DNA of 57,384 nt, taken from IMG/VR virus record IMGVR_UViG_3300028041_000098, positions 1 through 57,384 of that record; one strand, given 5' to 3'. Below are positions 45,613 to 54,110 of the stretch, piece by piece. A model generated the notes under the pieces. The model worked only from the letters and a program-made list of their open reading frames with translations. It was not told the origin of the DNA and did not search any database. Source of the stretch: a virus. Taxonomy: Duplodnaviria; Caudoviricetes. Position numbers and translations under genes: made by a program. The stretch's first letter is position 1. Every line of letters starts with the position of its first letter.

Positions 45613-45769
45613 GTTCGCAACACCAGTTCGTTCGCTGACGCGGGGCCCACCTTGTCCAGGGGAGAGGGTTCCGCGTCCCCCTCGCGAACGCCTCGTCGGT
45701 CCCTCGGCAGCCGTCGTGTCGCTGCCGTCATCCCACGATCCATCGTTCGACGTCCCCGGAGGAAGCGCC

Positions 45770-46414
45770 GTGAAAGTTGCCAGTTCATATCCGACCACCC
45801 TCTACATCGACGGGGAGCCGCTGCGGCTCCGCGTGAAGAAGCTCACGCGCGAGCAGTGGATCGACTTCAGCGCGGAGATGGAGCGCAGCGGCCGCCTGCT
45901 GCGCGGCCGCGAGCTCCTCCTGAAGGACCGGCAGCCGGGGGAGGACGGACTCACGAGCGAACAGGTGGAGGCGAAGCGGTTCATGGCGCTGTCGCTGCAC
46001 GAGCGCGAGGCGCAGCTCGAAGCGGAAAAGGCCGAGGAGTTGCGGGCCGCCGCGTTCACCGACGCGTCCATTTCGGCCTACGTCACCGCCGAGGCCGACG
46101 CCCTGTACGACGAGGAGGCGGGCCGCTACGTGACGGACGGCGCTGACATCGTGCGCCTCTTCGGGCAGCGTCCCGACGTGCTGGCGGAGATCCTGACGGC
46201 CGTCCTCCTCGAGAACCGCCTGTCCGCCGAGCAAAAAAAAACCTTGCAGGTGCTGCGCGCTTCTCAGCGTGGCTCGAGCGGCAGAGCAGTGGCGCCTGGC
46301 ACGACACCGGACTCGACTGCGGCGCCTGCCGAGAGCGAAGCCTCTGCGGCGAGCGCGGATGCGACGGGGTCGCCCGAGACGAGCCCGTCTGGAGCGACGG
46401 CCCCCTCGAGCTGA
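45770..46414 (+). CDS. Tail assembly chaperone (gpG-like)
   Basis: GGAGG RBS; LSAEQKK at slippery A9 run. Confidence 0.85.
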   Translation: MKVASSYPTTLYIDGEPLRLRVKKLTREQWIDFSAEMERSGRLLRGRELLLKDRQPGEDGLTSEQVEAKRFMALSLHEREAQLEAEKAEELRAAAFTDASISAYVTAEADALYDEEAGRYVTDGADIVRLFGQRPDVLAEILTAVLLENRLSAEQKKTLQVLRASQRGSSGRAVAPGTTPDSTAAPAESEASAASADATGSPETSPSGATAPSS

Positions 46415-46686
46415 CCACCTGTCCGGTGCTGCTCTTCACGCCGGATGTGAAGGCGGCGCTCATGTGGTTCACCGGCACGCATCGCCTGGTGATCGAGCAG
46501 GGCTACGCGCAGTGGGTGCGGACGGCGCTGCCGCACGAGGGAGGGCTCGGCGACCAGGACAACCGGCTCCTCGAAACCTTGGAGCTGCTGCAGGGCGTCC
46601 ACAACGCCATCGCCCACGAGCAGATGGCGGAGGTCGCGCGCAGGCGAGACACAGAGACCTGGCGCAAGAACAGACGGAACGAGTGA
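46233..46686 (+). CDS. gpT-like part of tail chaperone reached by -1 frameshift
   Basis: A9 at 46233-46241; -1 frame open: KNLAGAARFSAW...CGAC...TCPV...LPHEGGLGDQ. Confidence 0.85.
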
Positions 46687-46689
46687 ACG

Positions 46690-49600
46690 GTGGCCAAAGA
46701 TCGCAACGTCGAGCTGGAAATCAGGGCGAAGAACCTGACGGAAGCTGCCTTCAAGAAGGTCGCGGACGCGATCAAACACCTGGAGGACGCTTCAGAGGCG
46801 ACGTCCGCGAAAGGGACGCAGAGCTGGGGCAAGTGGTTCGCCACGATCGCCGGCGGGGTCGCCGTGGGGAACCTCATCTCGTCGACCTTCAAATCGGTGC
46901 TGGGCACCGTCGCACAGATCCCCGGGCAGCTGATGGAAATCGCGAAGCGCGGCAACGACGTCGCCGACGTGAAGGAGGCGTTCGTCGGGCTGGCGGGCGG
47001 CGGCGAGCAGGCGAACGCGATCCTGAAGGAGCTCCGCACCCAGTTCGGACACACGGTGAACGACTTCGAGCTGATGAAGTCGTCGAACGAGCTGCTGCGC
47101 AAAGGTGTGGGGATGACGGCGCAGGAATTCGGCGTCCTCACCCAGGGCGCGCGGATCCTCGCCAACCAGGTCGGGGGAGACGGCAAGGCAAACTTCGACA
47201 GGTTCCTCAGCGCGATCGGGCGCGGCAACGAGCGGGAGCTGCGTGACCTCGGCGTCAACATGGCGAACATCGAGCGCGCCGTCGATCGCCAGGCGGCCGC
47301 GTGGGGCAAGGAATCGAGCGCGCTCAGCCAGGCCCAGAAGCAGCAGGCGATGAAGAACGCCGTGCTCGAGGAGGCGAACCGGCTCCTGCGCGAGAACGGC
47401 CCCGTCCAGAACGGATTCAACGACAACCTCAAGGCGGCCGAAACGCTCGTCCAGAACTGGACCGATCGGCTCGGCGAGGCGATCGCCACCTCGCCCCAGC
47501 TGAACACCGCGCTCAATCACATCGTAGGTGGCATGGCTGCCGCCTTCGGTCATGACCCTCAGGAGCAGGTGAAGTCGATCGCGCGGCTGATCGGCCACGT
47601 CGCCATCGCTGGCGTCAACGCGGCGCAGTACCTCGTGAGCGGAGCGGAGCTGGTCGCCCGCGCCTACTACCAGGTTCGCGAGATTTTCAGCGCAACGATG
47701 GCGGCGCTGAATGCGAAGAAGATCCGCGAGACCGAGATTCTGCTCGACGCGTTCAGGGCGATGAACCAGGGATCCCAGGAGGTCCGCAATCAAATCCGTG
47801 CGCTCGAAGACGAACTGGCGCAGTTGCAGGGACGCACGAAGGGCTTCAGTGACGACGCCGCGTTCGCGGCGCAGATGAACAAGGACCTCGCCACGAAGAG
47901 CGAGGACCTCAGGCGAAAGCTCGCCGAGATGGAGCTCGCCATGCGTGCCGCCGGCGAGGCGACCGGCGAGGCCTCCAGGACCGGCCGGGGGCTGATCGGC
48001 ACGCAGGGCGCGCTCGGCGAGTCGAGCGCGGAGCTCGCGAAGCTGCAAACGGAGGTCACGAAGAAGCTCCGCGAGATGGCCGCGGCCGCGGACGCCGCTG
48101 CCAAAAACAACGTGCTCGAGGCGTGGGCGCGTCAGAACGCCAGCGCGCTCCAGAAGCTCGCCATCGATGCGATGACCGTGGGCAAGACGCTGCAGGGTCC
48201 CCTAAAGGACGCCCTAGTCTTCAACATGAAGGCCGACGGCGCGCAGTTCGCCGCAAAGGAGTTCGATCGGATCATCAAGGAACAGCAGGCGACGCACTTC
48301 AAGGCCGTCGACGCGATGAACACGAAGTTCACGACGTCGCTCGACCTGCGCGCCGGCGCGTTCGCGGAGTACCACGACCTGGTGGCGAAGCGGACGATGA
48401 CGGAGCTCCAGTACCAGCTCGAGGTCATCCAGCGCGAGGAGGACGCCAAGATCCTCCAGCTGCAGCGGCTCGGATACGCCACCGCCGAGAATCTCGAGCT
48501 GATTCGAGCTGTCACCGCGGAGAAGATGGCGGCCGCCCGGCTCGCGCACAACACCGAACTCGAACGGATGCGGCGCGAGGTGGATTCCTGGGGGAAGCGG
48601 TTCCGCGACATCGTCGGGGCCGTTCCATCGCTCCTGAAATCGGCGTTCACCGGCGGGGGTGGCGCCAAGGGATTCGGCCAGGCCCTGTCCGTCCAGATCG
48701 GCGAAAGCCTGTTCGGGAAGGGCGCCGAGAAGCTCATGACGAAGGGCTTCCAGGGGCTGTTCAACAAGGGGCTGATCAGCGCGCGGACGCTCGGTGGGCT
48801 GGCCGAGATGATCCCGGGTCTCGGCGGTGCAATCGGCGCGCTCGCGGGACCGCTGCTCGGCAAGGTGTTCAGCTTCTTCGGCAACAAGGAACGGAAGGAG
48901 AACGAGGCGGCCACGAAGGAGGTCCGCGCACTCGGCGGGGAGCTCCTCACGACCTACGGCTCGATGGAGAACCTGCGTCTGCTGGGCCAGATGACGGGGA
49001 AGGACATCGCGGGATCGTTCGGCCACGCCGGAAAAAAGGGCCTCGAACAGTTCAAGCTCGACGCCAAGGAATTCGAGAAGGCCGTCGGCGAATTGCGCAC
49101 GCGCGTGAACCGCGACCTCGGTGGCGTGCTCGAGGAATTCCGCGGGATGGGCTTCTCGATTCCGGCCGCGCTCCAGCCGTCGCTCGACAAGCTCCGCGAG
49201 ATGAACCTGCTCACGGAGGACACGCAGGCGCTGCTGCGTGGCTTCGGCGACCAGGCGACGATCGACTACAAGCGGATGGAGGAAGCGGCCGCCCGCTATG
49301 GCATCCACGTCGACAAGCTGGGACAGGGATTCAACAACGCGAAGATCTCGGCGTCGGTGCAACAGATCCTTGAGGACTACGACCTGCTGACCCGCGGCGG
49401 CGCCGAACCGACCGGCATCCTGGAGGACATGGCCGACGAGATCTCCGAGGTGGCGCAGCGCGCGATGCGGCTGGGCATCTCGATGCCGGAAAACATGCGG
49501 CCGATCCTGCAGGCGCTCGTCGACAAAGGCCTGCTGCTCGACGCCAACGGCGAGAAGATCGAGGACCTCAACGGGATGTCGTTCGGGGACCCGATCAAGG

Positions 49601-50058
49601 TGGGGCTCGAGCGGATCGCGGATCTCCTCGAAAAGCTACTGAAGGGTCTCGGGATCGATCTGCCGAATGCGCTGAACAACATCCCGCGACGCGTCGACAT
49701 CGACATCAACGCGCACGTGCGCACCCACGGCGAGCTGCCGGCGTCCGGGTACGCGCCGGACGACAGCGGCCTGGGCATGCCGACGTTCCGCGGCGCGGCC
49801 GCCGGCGGCCTGTTCACGCGGCCGACGTTCCGCGTCCTCGCCGAGCGCGAACCGGAGATCGTCGGCTCCCCGAACGTGATCTCCGACGCGATCGCCACGG
49901 CACTCCGCCAGGCGGGCGGGGGCCTCGTCGGTGGTGGCGAGGTCGTCATTGAGAACGTGACGTTGGTCACCCGCGACCATCGCGTGCTCGCGGACGTCGT
50001 CGTGCCGGAGATCCCGCACGTCGTGAAGCGTCGCGTCGGGCCGGGAAGGCGGCGCTGA
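46690..50058 (+). CDS. Tape measure protein
   Basis: 1122 aa, helical Ala-rich; follows G/GT pair; C-terminal AAGGLFTRPT...EREPEIV. Confidence 0.93.
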   Translation: MAKDRNVELEIRAKNLTEAAFKKVADAIKHLEDASEATSAKGTQSWGKWFATIAGGVAVGNLISSTFKSVLGTVAQIPGQLMEIAKRGNDVADVKEAFVGLAGGGEQANAILKELRTQFGHTVNDFELMKSSNELLRKGVGMTAQEFGVLTQGARILANQVGGDGKANFDRFLSAIGRGNERELRDLGVNMANIERAVDRQAAAWGKESSALSQAQKQQAMKNAVLEEANRLLRENGPVQNGFNDNLKAAETLVQNWTDRLGEAIATSPQLNTALNHIVGGMAAAFGHDPQEQVKSIARLIGHVAIAGVNAAQYLVSGAELVARAYYQVREIFSATMAALNAKKIRETEILLDAFRAMNQGSQEVRNQIRALEDELAQLQGRTKGFSDDAAFAAQMNKDLATKSEDLRRKLAEMELAMRAAGEATGEASRTGRGLIGTQGALGESSAELAKLQTEVTKKLREMAAAADAAAKNNVLEAWARQNASALQKLAIDAMTVGKTLQGPLKDALVFNMKADGAQFAAKEFDRIIKEQQATHFKAVDAMNTKFTTSLDLRAGAFAEYHDLVAKRTMTELQYQLEVIQREEDAKILQLQRLGYATAENLELIRAVTAEKMAAARLAHNTELERMRREVDSWGKRFRDIVGAVPSLLKSAFTGGGGAKGFGQALSVQIGESLFGKGAEKLMTKGFQGLFNKGLISARTLGGLAEMIPGLGGAIGALAGPLLGKVFSFFGNKERKENEAATKEVRALGGELLTTYGSMENLRLLGQMTGKDIAGSFGHAGKKGLEQFKLDAKEFEKAVGELRTRVNRDLGGVLEEFRGMGFSIPAALQPSLDKLREMNLLTEDTQALLRGFGDQATIDYKRMEEAAARYGIHVDKLGQGFNNAKISASVQQILEDYDLLTRGGAEPTGILEDMADEISEVAQRAMRLGISMPENMRPILQALVDKGLLLDANGEKIEDLNGMSFGDPIKVGLERIADLLEKLLKGLGIDLPNALNNIPRRVDIDINAHVRTHGELPASGYAPDDSGLGMPTFRGAAAGGLFTRPTFRVLAEREPEIVGSPNVISDAIATALRQAGGGLVGGGEVVIENVTLVTRDHRVLADVVVPEIPHVVKRRVGPGRRR

Positions 50059-51890
50059 TGCCGGTCGACCATGAGATCGAGATCAACGGCGTCGTCCGGC
50101 CGTTCGTCGCCACGTCACTGGATGTGGAGTGGGATCTCGACGGCCGCGGGAGTATCGCCTTTGATGTCCCCTCCGGTGACGCGTCGTTCATTCCCGCCGA
50201 GCGGCAAACGGTACTCGTCCGCGAGAACGGCGTGCCGATCGCGCGCGGCACGATTGACACGCCGCGGTCGGCAGGCGTTGGAGGCGTCGGCCTGACGCCG
50301 GTGGAAACCCACGTGACGGCGCTCGACGCCGTCGCGATCTTCGACCGTCTCTACGTCACCGGCACGATGCCGGCAGGGTCACTGAAAACGAAGCTCCAGT
50401 GGCTGGTGTCGTTTTTCTCAGGGCACGGGCTCGAGCTCGATCCGGCACAGGTGGATGGGCCTCTCGACCTGCCGGAGATGCCGTATCCCGAGCCGACCCG
50501 CGGCGCCGACATCGCCGGGGACTTGGAAATGGTGACTGGCTACGCGCTCGACGTGAGTCCCACGCTCGCGGTGCGGATGTTTCTGCCTGGCACCGACCCC
50601 GCGCCGTTCGCGATCGTCGAAGGTGACGGCAACGTCTACGGTGACCTCGAGGTTGAGCGCGTCGACCTGGACTACGGAAACCGGATCCGGCTGCGCTACA
50701 CCTTCGCCGCGCTCGCAGCCTATGCCTTTTACGGGGGCGGCGGGAACGTCGTCGATGGGGACCAGGTGACGATCGGCTCGCGCACCTATACGTTTCACGA
50801 CGAACTCCAGGGCTCCAGCGGCAGCGTGCTGATTGGACCAGACCTGCACGAGAGCCTGTCTCACCTGATGCTGGCGATCGCGTCAGCGGATCGCGTGGGG
50901 GCTGGAGTGCTCTATTCGGCGGCCACGGCCGTGCACACGCAGGTGTCCGCCTACTTTCAACACGCGACTGCGCTGCGCGTCGTGGCCCTCACGCCGGGCA
51001 GCGCCGGCAACAACATCGGCGTGGACTCCACGTCGGGCAGCGCGGGGTGGTTCACCGAGGGCGGCGGACCGACGTCGACGCTCCTGTTCGGCCTCGACGC
51101 CGGGCTCGGCAATGAGGTCGTCGTCGACGACGCGGTCGAGCAGGCGAAGCCGGGCGTCGGCGTCTGGGAGGCGCTGGTCGTCCGCGAGGACGTCTACACC
51201 GCCGACGTCGCCCAGCTGTTTGCCGCAGCGTATCTCGCCCGGGCCGTGCAGTCCTCCTACTCTCGTGTCACCTACGCCACCCGCCGCCCAGGATTGCGGA
51301 AGGGGCAGACGCAGACGATTGAAGCGCCGGCGCGCGGCGCGACGGGCACGCACCTCATCACGAACGTGCGCGTGCGTCGCCCGAAACCGTTCCGGCCCGT
51401 CTGGTACGTCACAGCCATCTCCGGCACGGTGTGGCCACGCACGTCCTGGAAAGACACCTACGCCGGCTGGTCGGCGGGCGGCGGCTCGAATGCCGCGGCG
51501 CCGCCGGGAGGCGTGACCGTCGTGACCGGTGGAGATGTCGCCTCCGTCTTCCACGGCGGCTCAAGGGAGATGGCGGTGCCCATGGGGGCACCGCCCGCCT
51601 GGACGCCGATCGTCGGCTGGCTCCCACACGTCGCGCGCGCCACCGGTACGCGGCGAATTCGCGCGGCACTCGGCGCCCGGGCAGCCGGCGTTGCGGTGAA
51701 GGTGCGGTGGCACAACCTCACCGACGGAACAGATGTTGAATCGAGCTGGGTCACTGCGGTCACGCCGCAGGTCCTCATCGAAACCGAATTCCTGGTCACC
51801 GAGGAGGCCGGCAAACGGTACCGGCTCGACGTGATCACCGATACGAACGGAGTGTCCGCGTATGCGCTCGTGCAATCTGAACGTGTGTAG
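50058..51890 (+). CDS. Tail tip / baseplate hub protein
   Basis: Directly after TMP; YGNRIRL, GLRKGQTQTI...HLITNV. Confidence 0.75.
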   Translation: MPVDHEIEINGVVRPFVATSLDVEWDLDGRGSIAFDVPSGDASFIPAERQTVLVRENGVPIARGTIDTPRSAGVGGVGLTPVETHVTALDAVAIFDRLYVTGTMPAGSLKTKLQWLVSFFSGHGLELDPAQVDGPLDLPEMPYPEPTRGADIAGDLEMVTGYALDVSPTLAVRMFLPGTDPAPFAIVEGDGNVYGDLEVERVDLDYGNRIRLRYTFAALAAYAFYGGGGNVVDGDQVTIGSRTYTFHDELQGSSGSVLIGPDLHESLSHLMLAIASADRVGAGVLYSAATAVHTQVSAYFQHATALRVVALTPGSAGNNIGVDSTSGSAGWFTEGGGPTSTLLFGLDAGLGNEVVVDDAVEQAKPGVGVWEALVVREDVYTADVAQLFAAAYLARAVQSSYSRVTYATRRPGLRKGQTQTIEAPARGATGTHLITNVRVRRPKPFRPVWYVTAISGTVWPRTSWKDTYAGWSAGGGSNAAAPPGGVTVVTGGDVASVFHGGSREMAVPMGAPPAWTPIVGWLPHVARATGTRRIRAALGARAAGVAVKVRWHNLTDGTDVESSWVTAVTPQVLIETEFLVTEEAGKRYRLDVITDTNGVSAYALVQSERV

Positions 51891-53748
51891 AGGCGCCCTG
51901 CTCGCGCTCGTCATGTGCGCAGCGGCGGCGCCGGCGCTGGCGCAGGCGCCCGAGATCGATGTCTCGCGGATCTATCTTGGGTCGCCCGCCGCGACGCTCC
52001 ACAGCGGCTCGGGCGCACCCTCGGCCTCGGCGCCGTCCGGCAGCATGTACTTCCGCACCGACACCGGGCAGTGGTACCAGCACATCGCCGGCGCGTGGCG
52101 CGCATTAACCGATGCCAACGGCGTGCTCGTCGGGTCGGCGAATCTGACCGATCTCAGCGCTTCTGGCTCGGTGGACGCGACCGGCAATGTATTCGCGCGT
52201 CAGGGGCTCTATATCGGGAGCGATGGCGCCTGGCTGCTGAACAAGTCCGGCAGCGGGTGGCTGAACTGGGCCGTGCGGAACACGAGCGGCAGCGAGTCGA
52301 CGCTGGATCTGCAGTTTCTCGGGCCGATCGGGGCGCATCTGATGCCGGCCACTCACGACGCGTTCCATGTGGGTCGTGCGGATCGCATCTGGCGCGAGGC
52401 GTGGATCGGGCAGCTGCATTCGCTGGTGTTCAGCGCGTCGACGCAAACGATCTTCGGCGGCTACAACATCATCGGCAAAGGGGCGGGGACCCTTGCGTCG
52501 CTGGTGACGCCGTCGGACACGAGCATCGATTTCGGCCGGTCGATGACGGCGACCGACTGGGTGGAAATCCGCGCGCACGACACCAGCGGCGACGTCAAGG
52601 TCGAGTACCTGCAGGTGGGCGCGCTCGTCAGCGGCACCACCTACGCCGTCACGCGCGATCTCGCCGGCGCGCATGGGACCGACCCGGAGTGGGCGGCCGG
52701 CACGCCGTTCTTGGTGCTGGGCTCGGCTGGGGATGGGCGGATCGCGCACCTCGCGGCTGGGCCCCGCACGATCTGGGGGCAGCAGGGGGTGACCCACGAC
52801 GCGTTCACGCCACGCGTCGTCGTGGGCAATCTCGACGGATTCTTCGGGTACAGCTCGCGCGTCTTCGGCCTCGCTGCTGGAGATCCGGCCGCGGCGTGGA
52901 TCAAGATCGATCCGACGAATGGCCTCCGCATCGGCCACGGATCCACCACGAAGATCAGCCTTGACGCCAGCGGGAGCGCCGTGATCACCGGTCCCGACAT
53001 CACCCTCGGCACCGCGGCGAGTTACCTGTCGAGCAACGCGCTGAAGTTCGCGCGGCCGTCGAATCACAGCGGGGTCTTCGACCTCTATTCCGTCGCCGGA
53101 TCAGGTCTGACGGATCTCTATTTGGAAAACGACCTCGCGCCGGCGTTCGGCGCGTCGCAAGGCCGGATCATCCTGCGCGCGCGGAGCTACAGCGTGGGGC
53201 CCACGCCGTCGAACTGGGCCTCGCTCACGCTCACGAGCCTGTCGAGCAACACCGTTTCCGCCGCCCAGCTCGTGGCCGATCAGATCGCGCTTACGGGCAC
53301 GACGAGTATCACGGGCGCGCTCTCCACGTCGAGCGCCATCACGGAGCGGAACCGCGCGACGCCACTCGGCGAATGGCAGTCGGTCGCGTACAACAGCGGC
53401 CACTTTTCGGCGTCGGCAGGGACGTGGACGGTGGAGAGTGCCGACCAGGAGGTACTCGGCTACACGCTCGTCGGCAAGACCATGACGGTGACGTATCGGC
53501 TCACGTCGACCAGCGTGAGCGCGGCGCCTGGCGCGCTGCGCGTCGCGATCCCGGGCGGCTTCACGGCCGCCCGCAGCACGCTCGTGCCCATCGGCTATGC
53601 GGCGGACGCGGGCACGATCGTGGACGCGTACGCGTCGGTAGGTAGCGGGGGCACGCTCATTGTGTTCAACAAGCGCACCGCCGCGAACTGGTCGACCGCC
53701 ACCAACAGCACCGACGTGATCGGGCAGATCACGTTCGAGATTCAGTGA
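51883..53748 (+). CDS. Signal peptide + tail fibre / receptor-binding-like protein
   Basis: MCRGALLALVMCAAAAPALA-Q; GSGAPS...GSMYFRTDTGQWY; C-terminal YTLVGKTM...IPGGF...GQITFEIQ knob-like domain. Confidence 0.8.
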   Translation: MCRGALLALVMCAAAAPALAQAPEIDVSRIYLGSPAATLHSGSGAPSASAPSGSMYFRTDTGQWYQHIAGAWRALTDANGVLVGSANLTDLSASGSVDATGNVFARQGLYIGSDGAWLLNKSGSGWLNWAVRNTSGSESTLDLQFLGPIGAHLMPATHDAFHVGRADRIWREAWIGQLHSLVFSASTQTIFGGYNIIGKGAGTLASLVTPSDTSIDFGRSMTATDWVEIRAHDTSGDVKVEYLQVGALVSGTTYAVTRDLAGAHGTDPEWAAGTPFLVLGSAGDGRIAHLAAGPRTIWGQQGVTHDAFTPRVVVGNLDGFFGYSSRVFGLAAGDPAAAWIKIDPTNGLRIGHGSTTKISLDASGSAVITGPDITLGTAASYLSSNALKFARPSNHSGVFDLYSVAGSGLTDLYLENDLAPAFGASQGRIILRARSYSVGPTPSNWASLTLTSLSSNTVSAAQLVADQIALTGTTSITGALSTSSAITERNRATPLGEWQSVAYNSGHFSASAGTWTVESADQEVLGYTLVGKTMTVTYRLTSTSVSAAPGALRVAIPGGFTAARSTLVPIGYAADAGTIVDAYASVGSGGTLIVFNKRTAANWSTATNSTDVIGQITFEIQ

Positions 53749-53759
53749 GAGGACTCCAC

Positions 53760-54044
53760 ATGGAGATCACGATCGTCGGTATCAACCCGCTCACCGTCCA
53801 AATCGCGTTTGGCCCGAAGGAGCAGCGCGCCCTCGCGTTCGCCGCGCAGGAGGCGAGCCGGACGGAAGGCCGCGCGATCACGGCCCGCGAGCACCTCGAG
53901 GGCCGCATCGGCGAATACGTCAGCGCGATGCTCCGCCGCTACAAGGAACGCGTGACCAATGAGCTGTTGGAGAAATTCGACGTGGCCACGCCGGAGCAGC
54001 AGCAGATCGCGATCGAAGCCGTGGGCGGCACGATGCCGCAATAG
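53760..54044 (+). CDS. Small fibre-associated protein (chaperone-like)
   Basis: GAGGA RBS; resembles 41220-41507. Confidence 0.7.
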   Translation: MEITIVGINPLTVQIAFGPKEQRALAFAAQEASRTEGRAITAREHLEGRIGEYVSAMLRRYKERVTNELLEKFDVATPEQQQIAIEAVGGTMPQ

Positions 54045-54110
54045 GGCCGCGACCACTCATGCTCATTGTCTCGCCTCTCGGGTAGGCCCCAAGCAAAGGT
54101 AGGAGCTCAG

